Numbered from the stretch's first letter, positions 38,470 through 48,712 are shown. The stretch: 64,000 nt of DNA from Phycisphaerae bacterium (GCA_963675745.2 CAXXWX010000006.1:160001-224000); one strand, 5' to 3'. Program-made: numbers and translations. Notes: generated by a model not told the origin, from the sequence alone.

Positions 38470-39393
38470 ATGCGACATCAAAAGACCATCATTATCGGCT
38501 GTTTGCTCGCGTGTCTATCGACACTCACCGCTTGTGACCTGCCAATTGTCCCGATGGACGAGTTCGTCAATATGGCCAGCGAGCTGGCCCTGTTGCCAGA
38601 GGCCACCTGCGAAGAGCTCAAGGTCTCCTTCGGCGTGCCGCATCTCCAGACCGTCGATGTTCCTTCCGAGGCCGGCATCGCATACGAAGAGGTCATGCTC
38701 GAGAACATCAGCGGCGAGTTGATCCGCGTCTGGTACATTCCCAGCACGCTCGATCGCGGCACGGTAATCCTGTCAAACGGCGCGGTCGGCAACATGGCCT
38801 GTTTCCTCTACGTAACCCACATGCTGCGCGCCGACGGCTGGTCCGTGGTCATGTATGACTTCCAGGGCTTTGGCGGCAGCACCGGGCAGCCTTCGCTGCT
38901 CTCGCTCTACGGCGATCTCGATGTCGTGCTCGATTGGACGCTGGCGCGCACCGGGCGCGAGCAGGTGACCTTGATGGGCGTGTCGATCGGCACGATTCCG
39001 TCGGTGGCTCATGCCGTCAGCCGCCCGGATGACGTAAACGCCATCGTTCTGGATGGGCCGATCTCGTTGACGGTTGAGGTGGCCGCCTTCGCGGCACTGC
39101 TGGGTGGCGATATATCGCCCTATATGGCGCTGCTGGGCGACGAGGCCCTGTTCCAGGCTCAGTTTCCCCGCGTCAGGCAGCCGACGTTCGTGTTTCTCTA
39201 CGGGCTCGACGAATTCGCCACCGCCGAGGTGTTCGAAGAGATTACGGCGGACCTGCCGCCGCCGATGGAGATCATCAAGTTCCCACACCTGCCGCACGCG
39301 CGCGGACCATATCTGGAAACGGCGACTTATTTCTACCAACTCGACCGGTTTCTGGCCTCGGTCTGGTCGGACCTGGCGGAATTTGTTCGGTGA
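38470..39393 (+). CDS. Alpha/beta hydrolase, predicted lipoprotein
   Basis: LTAC lipobox, YDFQGFGGSTG, GVSIG nucleophile elbow, downstream D and H. Confidence 0.88.
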   Translation: MRHQKTIIIGCLLACLSTLTACDLPIVPMDEFVNMASELALLPEATCEELKVSFGVPHLQTVDVPSEAGIAYEEVMLENISGELIRVWYIPSTLDRGTVILSNGAVGNMACFLYVTHMLRADGWSVVMYDFQGFGGSTGQPSLLSLYGDLDVVLDWTLARTGREQVTLMGVSIGTIPSVAHAVSRPDDVNAIVLDGPISLTVEVAAFAALLGGDISPYMALLGDEALFQAQFPRVRQPTFVFLYGLDEFATAEVFEEITADLPPPMEIIKFPHLPHARGPYLETATYFYQLDRFLASVWSDLAEFVR

Positions 39394-39643
39394 GTCTCGC
39401 TGCGCTCGACCTCCGCTACCCGGCTGAGTACTGATGACCTCAGCCCCTTGTCGTGACGCTGGCGAGGCAGTAGTTGGCGACGCGACGTCACTGGCTGAAG
39501 TCTATTGCCTCTCTCGGCGCCAACCTGCCGGCGGTCACTTGTCGGGCCGGCGCCTGATCCCCTAGAATGAACCACCCCGCCACCCCCGCTGGGACGGTGG
39601 GCGGCGTGACCCCCGGGCACCCTGGTTTGGAGGAGTCGGTCTG

Positions 39644-40024
39644 ATGGCGGTTCCCGCAGATTGCAAATTCGCTCAGACGCACGAATGGTACAAGGTGGAC
39701 GGAAATGTCGTGACCGTCGGCATCTCCCAGTTCGCCGCCGACGAGCTCACCGACATTACCTATGTCGAAATCCCCGAGGTCGGCACGGCCGTCGAGGCCG
39801 GGACCGGGATCGGCGAGATCGAGTCGGTGAAAGCCACCAGCGAAATCTACGCCGCCGTCGGTGGCAAGATCATTGAAATCAACACGCGCCTGGCCGACGA
39901 GCCGGAGTTGTTGAACACCGATCCATTCGGCGAAGGGTGGATAGTGAAGATTGAGACCAGCGATTTGTCCCCGCTCGAAAAGATGATGGACGCCGCCGCG
40001 TATGAGAAGATGATCGCGGAATAA
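39644..40024 (+). CDS. gcvH: Glycine cleavage system H protein
   Basis: THEW, GISQFA, IESVKATSEIYA (lipoyl Lys), DPFGEGW. Confidence 0.97.
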   Translation: MAVPADCKFAQTHEWYKVDGNVVTVGISQFAADELTDITYVEIPEVGTAVEAGTGIGEIESVKATSEIYAAVGGKIIEINTRLADEPELLNTDPFGEGWIVKIETSDLSPLEKMMDAAAYEKMIAE

Positions 40025-40067
40025 GCGTCGGTCGATACGGCGCGGTTACCCGTGGAACCCACAAGCA

Positions 40068-41411
40068 ATGGACTACCTGCAACTCAGCGGACAAGACCGC
40101 CAATCAATGCTGGCCGCGATCGGCGTACAGCGCGTCGACGATCTGTTCCAGGACATCCCCGGACAACTTCGCGTGCGCGGGCTGCTCGAAATCCCGCCGC
40201 CGCTGAGCGAGCCGGAACTCCTGGCCGATCTCAATCAGCTCGCCTTGCGGAATCGAACGGCGGACTGCGCGCGCTGCTTTCTAGGCTGCGGCGCATACGA
40301 CCACTTCATTCCGTCGGTCGTTGACAGTCTGGCCGCGCAGAATGGTTTCCTGACCGCCTACACGCCTTACCAGGCCGAAGCCTCACAGGGCATCCTCCAG
40401 AATTTCTTCGAGTTCCAGACGATGGTCTGCGAGCTGACCGGCATGGATGTATCCAACGCGTCGCTTTACGACGTCGCCACCGCGCTGGTCGAAGCCGTGT
40501 TCATGGCGCGCAGCGCCACCAAGCGGCCGAATGTGGTCTGCGGCCAGGCCGTGCATCCCGATTGCCTGCGCGTGCTGCAAACGTACCTGGCCGAGGAGCC
40601 CGGCGAGGTTCGCGTTGCGGCGGAGGCAGTCGGGCGCATCAACCCCATGACGCTGTCAGACCTGGTTGATGAACGAACCGCCGCCATAGTCGTGCAATCG
40701 CCGAACCTGTTCGGCCAGATAGAGAACCTGGCCGACATTGCGACGATGGCGCGGCAGTGCGGCGCATTGCTGATTGTGGTGATGGATCCGATCAGCGTCG
40801 GCGTGCTCAAGCGGCCCGGCGACGTCGGCGCGGATATCGTCGTCGCCGAGGGCCAGCCGCTCGGGCTGCCGCTCCAGTATGGCGGGCCGTATCTCGGTCT
40901 GTTGGCGTGCAAGCAGAGCCACATGCGCCGCATGCCCGGGCGTCTGATCGGGCAAACGGTGGATGCCGACGGCCGCCGGGCGTTTTGTCTGACTCTGCAA
41001 ACACGCGAGCAGCACATCCGCCGCGAGAAGGCCACGAGCAACATCTGCACCAACCAGGGGCTGATGGCCACGCGCGCGGCGATCTACATGTCGGCGGTCG
41101 GCCGCGGCGGCCTAAGGCGTATTGCCGAGCTTTGTGTCCACAAGGCGCACTACGCCGCCCAGCGCATCGCGACGCTCCCGGGCTACACCCTGCGTTTTGA
41201 TGGACCGTTCTTCAAAGAGTTCGTGGTCATCAGCGAACGGCCGGTGGCAAAGGTGCTGGCGCACTGCCGCGACGCGGGAGTACACGCGGGGGTGCCGCTG
41301 GGCCCCTGGTTCGACGAGCTGGAAAACTGCTTTGCCGTGGCCGTCACCGAGAAGCGGACAAAGGATGATATTGACGCGCTGGTGGATGCGCTGGCGACCG
41401 TGGATGGGTAG
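40068..41411 (+). CDS. gcvPA: Glycine dehydrogenase subunit 1
   Basis: TAYTPYQAEASQG, SNASLYD, GGPYLG, TREQHIRREKATSNICTNQ. Confidence 0.97.
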   Translation: MDYLQLSGQDRQSMLAAIGVQRVDDLFQDIPGQLRVRGLLEIPPPLSEPELLADLNQLALRNRTADCARCFLGCGAYDHFIPSVVDSLAAQNGFLTAYTPYQAEASQGILQNFFEFQTMVCELTGMDVSNASLYDVATALVEAVFMARSATKRPNVVCGQAVHPDCLRVLQTYLAEEPGEVRVAAEAVGRINPMTLSDLVDERTAAIVVQSPNLFGQIENLADIATMARQCGALLIVVMDPISVGVLKRPGDVGADIVVAEGQPLGLPLQYGGPYLGLLACKQSHMRRMPGRLIGQTVDADGRRAFCLTLQTREQHIRREKATSNICTNQGLMATRAAIYMSAVGRGGLRRIAELCVHKAHYAAQRIATLPGYTLRFDGPFFKEFVVISERPVAKVLAHCRDAGVHAGVPLGPWFDELENCFAVAVTEKRTKDDIDALVDALATVDG

Positions 41412-41446
41412 TGGCGTTTCAGGCCGTGAATGAGTGAGAACAACGC

Positions 41447-42908
41447 ATGCGGGACGATCCCAAACGAGCCTTGCCGCTGATATTCGAACAGAGCCGCGCC
41501 GGGTTGTGCGCGGTCAGCCTGCCGGGGTGCGATGTGCCGGCGTGCGACCTGGAGACCGCCATCCCCGCCGAACTGCGTTGCGAGCAGCCGCCGGCGCTGC
41601 CGGAAGTCGGCGAATTGGACGTCGTTCGGCATTTCACGCGGCTCAATCAACGCGCATTCAGCGTCGATACCAATTTCTACCCGCTCGGCTCGTGCACCAT
41701 GAAGTACAACCCGAAGATCAACGAGCGGGCGGCGGCATTACCCGGCCTGGTCAACCTGCACCCCTACCAGGACGACGCCGATGTGCAGGGCATGCTCGAG
41801 TTGCTATATCGCACCCGCGCTATGCTCGAACAGATCACCGGGTTTCATGAGGCGTCACTGCAACCCGCGGCAGGAGCCCATGGCGAGCTCACCAGCCTGT
41901 TTGTCATCAACGCCTTTCACCGAGACCACGGCGGGCCCCGATCCAAGGTGCTCACGCCCGACTCGGCTCATGGCACCAACCCGGCTTCATGCGCCGTCTG
42001 CGGTCGCCAGGCGGTGCCGGTCAAATCGATGGCGGATGGCTCGGTTGATCTGAACGACTTGCGCGCGCTGGTTGATGAAGATACCGCCGCCATGATGCTG
42101 ACGTTTCCCAACACGGTCGGCAAGTTTGAGCGTCACATCGCGGAGATCGCCGAGATTCTCCATGCGAAGGGCGCGCTGCTCTACGTTGACGGCGCGAATC
42201 TCAACGCGATCTGCGGTATTACGCGCCCGGCTGATCTGGGCGCCGACATCATGCACTTTAACACGCACAAGACCTTCAGCACGCCGCACGGCGGCGGCGG
42301 TCCGGGGGCGGGCCCCATCGCCTGCGTGATGAAGCTATCGCCCTACCTGCCCGTACCGCAGGTGATGAAGCGCGATGATGGCAGCTTCTATTGGAACGCC
42401 GATCGCCCGCGCTCGATCGGGAAAGTGCGCTCATTCTATGGCCAGATCGGCGTGCTGGTGCGGGCCTATACGTTCTTGCGCGCGCTTGGAAACAGCGGGT
42501 TGCGCGCCGCCAGCGAGACCGCCGTGCTCGCGGCGAATTACCTCGCCGCCAGGCTCAAAGACCACTACACCCTGCCTTACGGCGGTCCGTATGGCCACGA
42601 GTTCATTCTGCTGCCCGAAATGGAAAAACAGGGCATCAGCGAACTCGACGTGGCCAAGCGTCTGATTGACTATCGGTTTTCACCCGCCGACGATGAGTTG
42701 GCCGGTGCCGCACTGTCTGATGATCGAGCCGACCGAGACCGAGTCGAAGCAGACGCTTGATGACTTCGCCGACGCGATGATCCAGATAAAGCGCGAGGCG
42801 CTCGAGGAGCCGGACAAGGTCAAGCGCGCGCCGCACAACGCGCCGGTCCGCCGTCTCGATGAGGTCGCCGCCGCCCGCAAGCCGATTCTGCGCTGGCAGG
42901 CTGAGTGA
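41447..42908 (+). pseudogene. gcvPB: Glycine dehydrogenase subunit 2, interrupted by a +1 frameshift near 42673 (true lesion or sequence error)
   Basis: YPLGSCTMKYNPK, HFNTHKTFSTPHGGGGPG; the conserved DYGFHPPT...[10 protein letters not shown] continues in the next frame (42666-42908). Confidence 0.9.
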
Positions 42909-42947
42909 ATTCGCGCGGGTCAGCCGACGATGCGCTGACACAACCGC

Positions 42948-44133
42948 TTACCACACCCCCGGGATCTTCGTGCCGCACTTCGGGCAGTGGCCGGCTTTCA
43001 TGTTGTTGGCCGCCACGCGGAAGCCGATGCGGCGGATTAGGTCGTGGCCGCAGCCGTGGCAATACGTGTTCTCGCCGGGGTGCATCGGCACGTTCCCCGC
43101 ATATACGTAGCGCACACCGGCGTCCAGCGCGATCTGGCGGCAACGCTCAATCGTCTTGACCGGCGTGCTGGGCAGGTTGGTTACCCGGTAAGTCGGGTGA
43201 AACCGTGTGAAGTGCATCGGTACGTCCGGCCCGAGATGTGCGACGACCCACTCGCTCATTTCCCTGATCTCGGCGGCCGAGTCGTTCAGCGTCGGGATGA
43301 TCAGCACCACCATCTCAAACCAGATGCCGATGTCCTTCAGTGTCTCCAGCGTCGCCAGCACCGGTTTGAGCTCGCCATCGCACGAGTCGGCGTAGAACTT
43401 CTGCGTGAACGCCTTGAAGTCGATCTTCACCGCCGATAAGTGGTGGCAGAGTTGACGCAGCGGGGCTTCCTGGATGTAGCCGTTTGAGATCATCACGCTG
43501 CCAATGCCCGACTCGCGCGCCAGCTTGGCCGTGTCGTGCATGTATTCGTAGAAGATGACCGGTTCGGAGTAGGTATATGCGATCGTCGGACATCCACTGG
43601 ATTGGCAAGCGGCGACCAGGCGAGCGGGGGTTACCGGCGTGCTCTCCACCTGCTCCGGGCGGAACTGGCTGATCCGCCAGTTCTGGCAGAACTTGCACTC
43701 CATGTTGCAGCCCGCCGTCGCTATCGAAAACGCCTTTGTCCCTGGACGGAAGTGAAAGAGCGGTTTCTTCTCGATCGGATCCACGTTCGCCGAGCAGAGC
43801 GCGCCATAGACCAGCGTCTGGTACTCGCCGCGCACATTCTCGCGCACGCCGCAATAGCCGCGCTCGAGTTCCGCGACGTGGCACTCCCGCGGGCACAGCA
43901 CGCACTTGATTTCGTCAGTCGCCGTGTTGTTCCCAGAACATCGCCCGGCGGCGCACGACGCCTTTCAGTAGCGGCCCCGAAAGAGCGCCGGTGCCGGCCG
44001 TATCCTGTGCAAACACGCAGCCGGCACCCAACGCGCATGCACCGCCAGCAAGCCCCCAGCGCAGCAGTTCGCGGCGCGATGGCTGTGAGAAGACGTCGTC
44101 GAGGTTGTCCACGTCAGACCTCGATACGTTCAA
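42948..44133 (-). pseudogene. amrS: AmmeMemoRadiSam system radical SAM enzyme with Tat signal, split by a +1 frameshift at 43917 (true lesion, recoding or sequence error)
   Basis: DPIEKKPLFHF.PG, AGCNMECKFCQNW.ISQ, AYTYSEP, HFTRFHP.Y, C-terminal CxxC pairs; the upstream frame has SRRELL and AMFWEQ and joins to DEIKCVLCPREC. Confidence 0.88.
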
Positions 44134-45118
44134 TCCTCTTCAAGTCACTGACGCCCAGGCCCTGCGCCCCCGCCGTGGCAATGTACGTCGGCGGGCGGCC
44201 GGCATCGGCGAGGGACTCCATGCCCTGTGCGGCGCGGTGTTTTTCGAGGTAGTCGACACCGACAGCATCCAGCGCCACGAAGTCGGTGCTGGTGATCATC
44301 CCGCCGAATCGCCAATCGTAGGCGCGTTTCCTCATCGGCCCGCCTTCGTACTGCCCGAGCGTTCCATCACAGACGGTCAAGCGCCACTTGTCGCGAATGA
44401 ACGGGTGCCTGACGATGTCGGCGATGTATGGATCGCAACGGTTGCCGTGATACTTATTGGGGTTGTGGATCGCGCCGTAGAAGTTCTTCATGCCCAGCGA
44501 GGCCCCGGCAATGCCATGGTCCTTGAGCACGGGGGCCGAAATGAGCGCGTCGATGCGCTCGGCCAGAATTTTCGAGAAACAGGAGCCGATCTTGCCGCTG
44601 GTTTGCACGTCGCGCTGATAGCCTCCGCCCAGCCGGCTGGCGTCGGTTCCGCGACACTGCACGCCCTTGCCTGACTTGTTGAGCTTGAATCCCGCGCGTT
44701 CCAGCTCGGAATCGAAACGGTCCCAGATGACAATGTTCTCCGCGGGGACATCCGCCTGCCGCAAGCCGGCGACGATGGCATCCACGACCGCCGGCTGTGT
44801 TGTGCGGCCGAGGCAATTGACCTTGATACCAATGCGTTCGGTCGGCTTGAAGAGCTTGCGCCACGCGCTGGCGGCATCCGCGGACTTGGTCAGCTTCTGC
44901 ATCGACGCATCCAGCATCTTGCACAGCAGATCCGCGTGCTCGCTTATCTCCCCTTTCAGCAGGGCGTCGTCGCGGGCGATCGCGACCAGCGCGCCCGGCG
45001 CCGCGGCACCCTCCTCCGCCCAGACTTGCTCGAATGGCACCGCGGCCCCGGCGACCACCGCCCCTACTTGTGCGAGAAACTGCCGTCGACTCGTGAGATC
45101 TGGCCCATGCATCAGCAT
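44114..45118 (-). CDS. DUF362 domain protein with Tat signal peptide
   Basis: SRRQFL, IGIKVNC, PVLKDH, SLGMKNFYG, DFVALD. Confidence 0.88.
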   Translation of the reverse strand: MLMHGPDLTSRRQFLAQVGAVVAGAAVPFEQVWAEEGAAAPGALVAIARDDALLKGEISEHADLLCKMLDASMQKLTKSADAASAWRKLFKPTERIGIKVNCLGRTTQPAVVDAIVAGLRQADVPAENIVIWDRFDSELERAGFKLNKSGKGVQCRGTDASRLGGGYQRDVQTSGKIGSCFSKILAERIDALISAPVLKDHGIAGASLGMKNFYGAIHNPNKYHGNRCDPYIADIVRHPFIRDKWRLTVCDGTLGQYEGGPMRKRAYDWRFGGMITSTDFVALDAVGVDYLEKHRAAQGMESLADAGRPPTYIATAGAQGLGVSDLKRIERIEV

Positions 45119-45160
45119 TCCGCCTTTCTGCCGATTGCGACACTGCCGCGACCGGCGGGT

Positions 45161-46669
45161 CTAATCACACCCCGGCTCGCCGAAAACTTCCGCTTCAAAC
45201 GAATATATCTCCGTGTCGCGTTGCTTCCAAGCATCATTTGGCAAACCTGCCTTGCGGCAGGTCTGCGCGAGGAACTCTTCCCGTCGCCAGCCCCGCTCAT
45301 AGGCCACCTGGGGCAGCAAAACGCCGCGCCGTCCGCCGCGCGCTATCAGCAATCCGTGCTGACCAATGATGATGTCCCCCGTGGACTTCATGCGTTGCAT
45401 CGGCGTCAGGTAGCTGATTTCAATGTCCAGATCGTCAAGCTCGCCGGCCGTGACCGGATTGTGTACAAAGCGGCGATCGCGACACGCCGCCACCGCGTTG
45501 CTGATTACAGCCTCGTACAGCGGCCCCGTGGCCAGCATGTTGCCGATACACCCCCGCAGCTCGCCGTGGTTTTGCAGCGTCACAAAACACGCGCCGTCGC
45601 CGCGCAGCTTGGCGGGCAAGTCGGCGGCGCTCGCCGCGGGCACTTCCTGGCTTTGCAGATAGGCCTTCACCGTGGCACGGGCCATCTTCAGCAACCTGTC
45701 GCGCTCGTCGGCCGCCAGCGTGCCTTGCCGCGGCGTGAAAACGAACGACTGGTAGGTGACGCTGTTGGTCCAATCACCGGTGATCTGGCCGGATGTGTCA
45801 AAAGCCGCGCGCGTTGCCCGGGCACCGCCGCGCATCGACAGCACACGCAGCAGGAGTCGTACGGCACCGCGCCCGCAAATTGTATCGCTTGTCTTGTCGA
45901 GGTGGGCGGCGAAACCGTCGTAGTCGCAGCGCTCAATCGCTGTGGCGGCTTTGTCCGCCAGGTCGCGCAGGCGCGTCGGCACATCCTCGCTGAATGGCTG
46001 GTAACCGTAGTTAGGCCCGAAGTGAGTGAAGTCAGTGCTGGCGACCAGCAGCGTCTCGTCATCAATCAGCGGGAGCAGGGCGTGTGCCGCTCGCGCGCAG
46101 TCATCGTCAGACATCCGCCCGACCAGGAGCGGCACCAGCGAGAAACTGCCCAGCGCGCGCTGCAGGAAGGGCAATTGCAGTTCGAGCGAGTGTTCGCGCG
46201 CGCCGACGCCGGTGTGTGCGCCGTATAGCTCCGAAGTCCGCAGCGCCGCAAATGCTTCGCGGTCGAGGGCAACGTCTCCCAGCGGCGTCGCATAGGCGGA
46301 CAAGTCGTCCGGCACATCCACGCCCTTGTACGAGCCCGCGTAACGATGATCCAACGCCAGCACGATCACGCGCTTGTAGGTGTGCCCACGCAGAGCGGCG
46401 TAGGCCGCCGCCGCCACCGGTGCGCTGAACCGGTAGCCCGCGTGCGGGCTGATCAGCGCGACGGGTTTGCCTGTTGTTTTGGGGGGGCCGTGCTTATCGA
46501 GCAGGCCGTCAATCTGCTTCGTGAGCTCAGCCGGGTCAGCCGGGTACCAGGTCCCGGCAAAACCTGCCGGTCGGACCTTCGCCTCATCTTTGGCACAGGC
46601 GTGCCCGATCGAGGCAACACCTGCGGCCGCCAGCAGAACAAAGACAGCGCTAATTCGTGCCGCGGGCAT
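45161..46669 (-). CDS. amrB: Fused AmmeMemoRadiSam protein B (Memo-like) and protein A (AMMECR1-like), with signal peptide
   Basis: RPAGFAGTWYP, PHAGY, EHSLELQLPFLQ, STDFTH, TICG; then CFVTL...LRGCIG, GVLLPQVA, CRKAGL. Confidence 0.93.
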   Translation of the reverse strand: MPAARISAVFVLLAAAGVASIGHACAKDEAKVRPAGFAGTWYPADPAELTKQIDGLLDKHGPPKTTGKPVALISPHAGYRFSAPVAAAAYAALRGHTYKRVIVLALDHRYAGSYKGVDVPDDLSAYATPLGDVALDREAFAALRTSELYGAHTGVGAREHSLELQLPFLQRALGSFSLVPLLVGRMSDDDCARAAHALLPLIDDETLLVASTDFTHFGPNYGYQPFSEDVPTRLRDLADKAATAIERCDYDGFAAHLDKTSDTICGRGAVRLLLRVLSMRGGARATRAAFDTSGQITGDWTNSVTYQSFVFTPRQGTLAADERDRLLKMARATVKAYLQSQEVPAASAADLPAKLRGDGACFVTLQNHGELRGCIGNMLATGPLYEAVISNAVAACRDRRFVHNPVTAGELDDLDIEISYLTPMQRMKSTGDIIIGQHGLLIARGGRRGVLLPQVAYERGWRREEFLAQTCRKAGLPNDAWKQRDTEIYSFEAEVFGEPGCD

Positions 46670-46752
46670 GGGATACGCCTCCATCACCATTCACTGATGG
46701 ATTGTACCGCGAGGTCTCCCGGAGCGCCGGTCCGCGCCGTGCGACCTGCCTG

Positions 46753-47709
46753 CTAAGGTGTCGATGGCTCGGCGGGGCGCTCATTCTCCGCCGGCGCGGC
46801 CTCGCGACTGATCATCGGCAGCAAGGATTTGCAGATACTGACAACCTTGTCATCAACATCCAGGAACCGGTCAAAACCGAGTGGCTTGAGCGTGTCGGGG
46901 TGTTGCGTATGTACCGTCTGGAGGAATATGGCGGCCTTCACAGCTATCTGGCTGTCCAGCGCGGGCGAAGCCAGCACCAGCAAGTCCGGAACGGCTTCCG
47001 TGCGCGCTAGTGTCGCCAGCTTTCGTTGACAGGGCGCATCTGGTCGCTCGTCGGACAGCGGGTAGTGCAGCCAATCAGTCATGTCGACGAAAGCCGCGTC
47101 GACCGTCCCATCGAGCACCAGCTTGGCCCGACGTTGTGCATCGCCCACATGACGCCAAAGCGGCAGATCGAGCAATTCATAGCCGGCCAGGTCGGATTTC
47201 TGTAGTCCGTTGGCCGCTAGCAACGCCAGGGCGGCGTAATGGCACCGTGAATCGTAGGACGTGCCAAAAGCAACGCGCTTGCCACGCAGGTCATCGATCG
47301 ACTTGATCTCGCCGTCAGCCCGCACGATCAACAGTGCCGGATACACCGCGGGTTTGCCGCATTTCGCCGGCATCGCCAGGACACTTACGTTGTCCACGCC
47401 CTTCAGTTGGGCGAATTGGGCCGGCGTCGCAACGGCCAGCTTGTACCATCCGCTATCAAGTTGCGCCACCGCCTGAAACGTGAAACATGGCTCCAGGCGC
47501 ACGGGGCGCCCGATATCGTCGCTCAACTTGGCTAACAACGGATCGTAGGGTGAGAACGGGTTTATCAGGTTCACCGCGTCGTCGGTTACCAGCGCCATAC
47601 GCAGGGGCTGGCCGAGCCCGAACAGGTTGATGAACGTCCGACACCCGGTGCCGGCCGCGATAGTTGCGGCCATCAGCGATAAAGCAATCGTTATCCGGAT
47701 TCCTCGCAT
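46753..47709 (-). CDS. PhnD-like (phosphate/phosphonate-type) substrate-binding lipoprotein
   Basis: GTGC lipobox-like site, IVRADGEIKSIDDLRGKRVAFG, VLDGTVDAA; GAGGAG RBS; no ABC permease nearby. Confidence 0.8.
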   Translation of the reverse strand: MRGIRITIALSLMAATIAAGTGCRTFINLFGLGQPLRMALVTDDAVNLINPFSPYDPLLAKLSDDIGRPVRLEPCFTFQAVAQLDSGWYKLAVATPAQFAQLKGVDNVSVLAMPAKCGKPAVYPALLIVRADGEIKSIDDLRGKRVAFGTSYDSRCHYAALALLAANGLQKSDLAGYELLDLPLWRHVGDAQRRAKLVLDGTVDAAFVDMTDWLHYPLSDERPDAPCQRKLATLARTEAVPDLLVLASPALDSQIAVKAAIFLQTVHTQHPDTLKPLGFDRFLDVDDKVVSICKSLLPMISREAAPAENERPAEPSTP

Positions 47710-47743
47710 GGTAAACTCCTCGTGACTACTCCGTTGTCAGCGG

Positions 47744-48712
47744 TCAGGATTCCATGTCAACCAGCACATCTCGATCAAATACCGGTCCTTCGGTACACGA
47801 TAAGGCCCAGCGCCAGCCTTGCGGCGCGCCGGCGTCGTGCGCACGCACAACGCAGGACAGGCACGTCCCCATCCCGCAGCCCATCATCCGCTCGATACAC
47901 AATTGACAGTCCATGTCAAATGCGCGCGTCATCCGCGCGACGCCGCGCAACATCGCCTCGGGGCCGCAAGCATACACGATCGGGCGTCGTGCGGTCCCGG
48001 CGAGCTGCTCCCGCCAGCACGACAGTCCATCCGTTACGCGGCCGCACAACCCCAGCGAGCCATCGTCAGTGGTTAGAATGGTACCGTATCTGCCGCCGTT
48101 CGGAAAACGCACGCACGATGTCGGCGTGGTCGGATCCGTGGGATTGTCAATGACCCGCACCGGCATCAGAGCGCCCGTGGTCGCGCCAAACACAGCGGTC
48201 ACATCGCGCCTGCCCGCCTCGCACAATGTGCGCGCGAGGTAAAGCAGTGGCGGGATGCCGACACCGCCGCCCACCAGCGCGATTGGCCGTTCAATATTCG
48301 TAACAGCAAAGCCGTTACCGAACGGACCGCTGACGTTTACCACATCTCCCGCGCATCGAGTGGCCAACCAATGTGTCCCTGGACCGACCGTTCGCAGTAT
48401 GACAACCAGGTGTACTCGGCTGTCGTCGCCGGTCCAGCGGTCTGCGATGCTGAGCGGTCGCCGCAACAGCACTTCCCCGCCACACTTCGTGTTGTCGCTC
48501 AGCCCAGGCAGTGTGCCGTCACGCCACTCGCATGTGGCTGTCGGCGTAGCGGCGCCCTCGCCGCAGCGCACTTGAAGAAACTGCCCGGGCCGCGACTCGG
48601 GAAACTCGTCGGCGAGCAGTTCGAGCGCGACGTGCGCTTTGCACAGCGGCGTGTTGCGCAGCACCCGGGTGTCGATCGCGCAGGCGGTCGTGGTCTGCGT
48701 GTTGCCGGTCAT
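47744..48712 (-). CDS. pyrK: Dihydroorotate dehydrogenase electron-transfer subunit-like FAD/[2Fe-2S] protein
   Basis: PGQF, LRRPLSI, VGGGVGIPP, YACGPEAM, ERMMGCGMGTCLSC...CTEGPVF. Confidence 0.88.
   Translation of the reverse strand: MTGNTQTTTACAIDTRVLRNTPLCKAHVALELLADEFPESRPGQFLQVRCGEGAATPTATCEWRDGTLPGLSDNTKCGGEVLLRRPLSIADRWTGDDSRVHLVVILRTVGPGTHWLATRCAGDVVNVSGPFGNGFAVTNIERPIALVGGGVGIPPLLYLARTLCEAGRRDVTAVFGATTGALMPVRVIDNPTDPTTPTSCVRFPNGGRYGTILTTDDGSLGLCGRVTDGLSCWREQLAGTARRPIVYACGPEAMLRGVARMTRAFDMDCQLCIERMMGCGMGTCLSCVVRAHDAGAPQGWRWALSCTEGPVFDRDVLVDMES

Noticed and set aside
39394..39643. Glycine riboswitch upstream of gcvH
   Set aside because: I could not find the GGAGA...CCGAAG...CTCTCAGG aptamer pattern; the visible hairpin at 39389-39419 looks REP-like.
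43915..43917. Selenocysteine or stop read-through at the TGA in the radical SAM gene
   Set aside because: The conserved sequence continues in a different frame, so in-frame read-through would not restore the protein.
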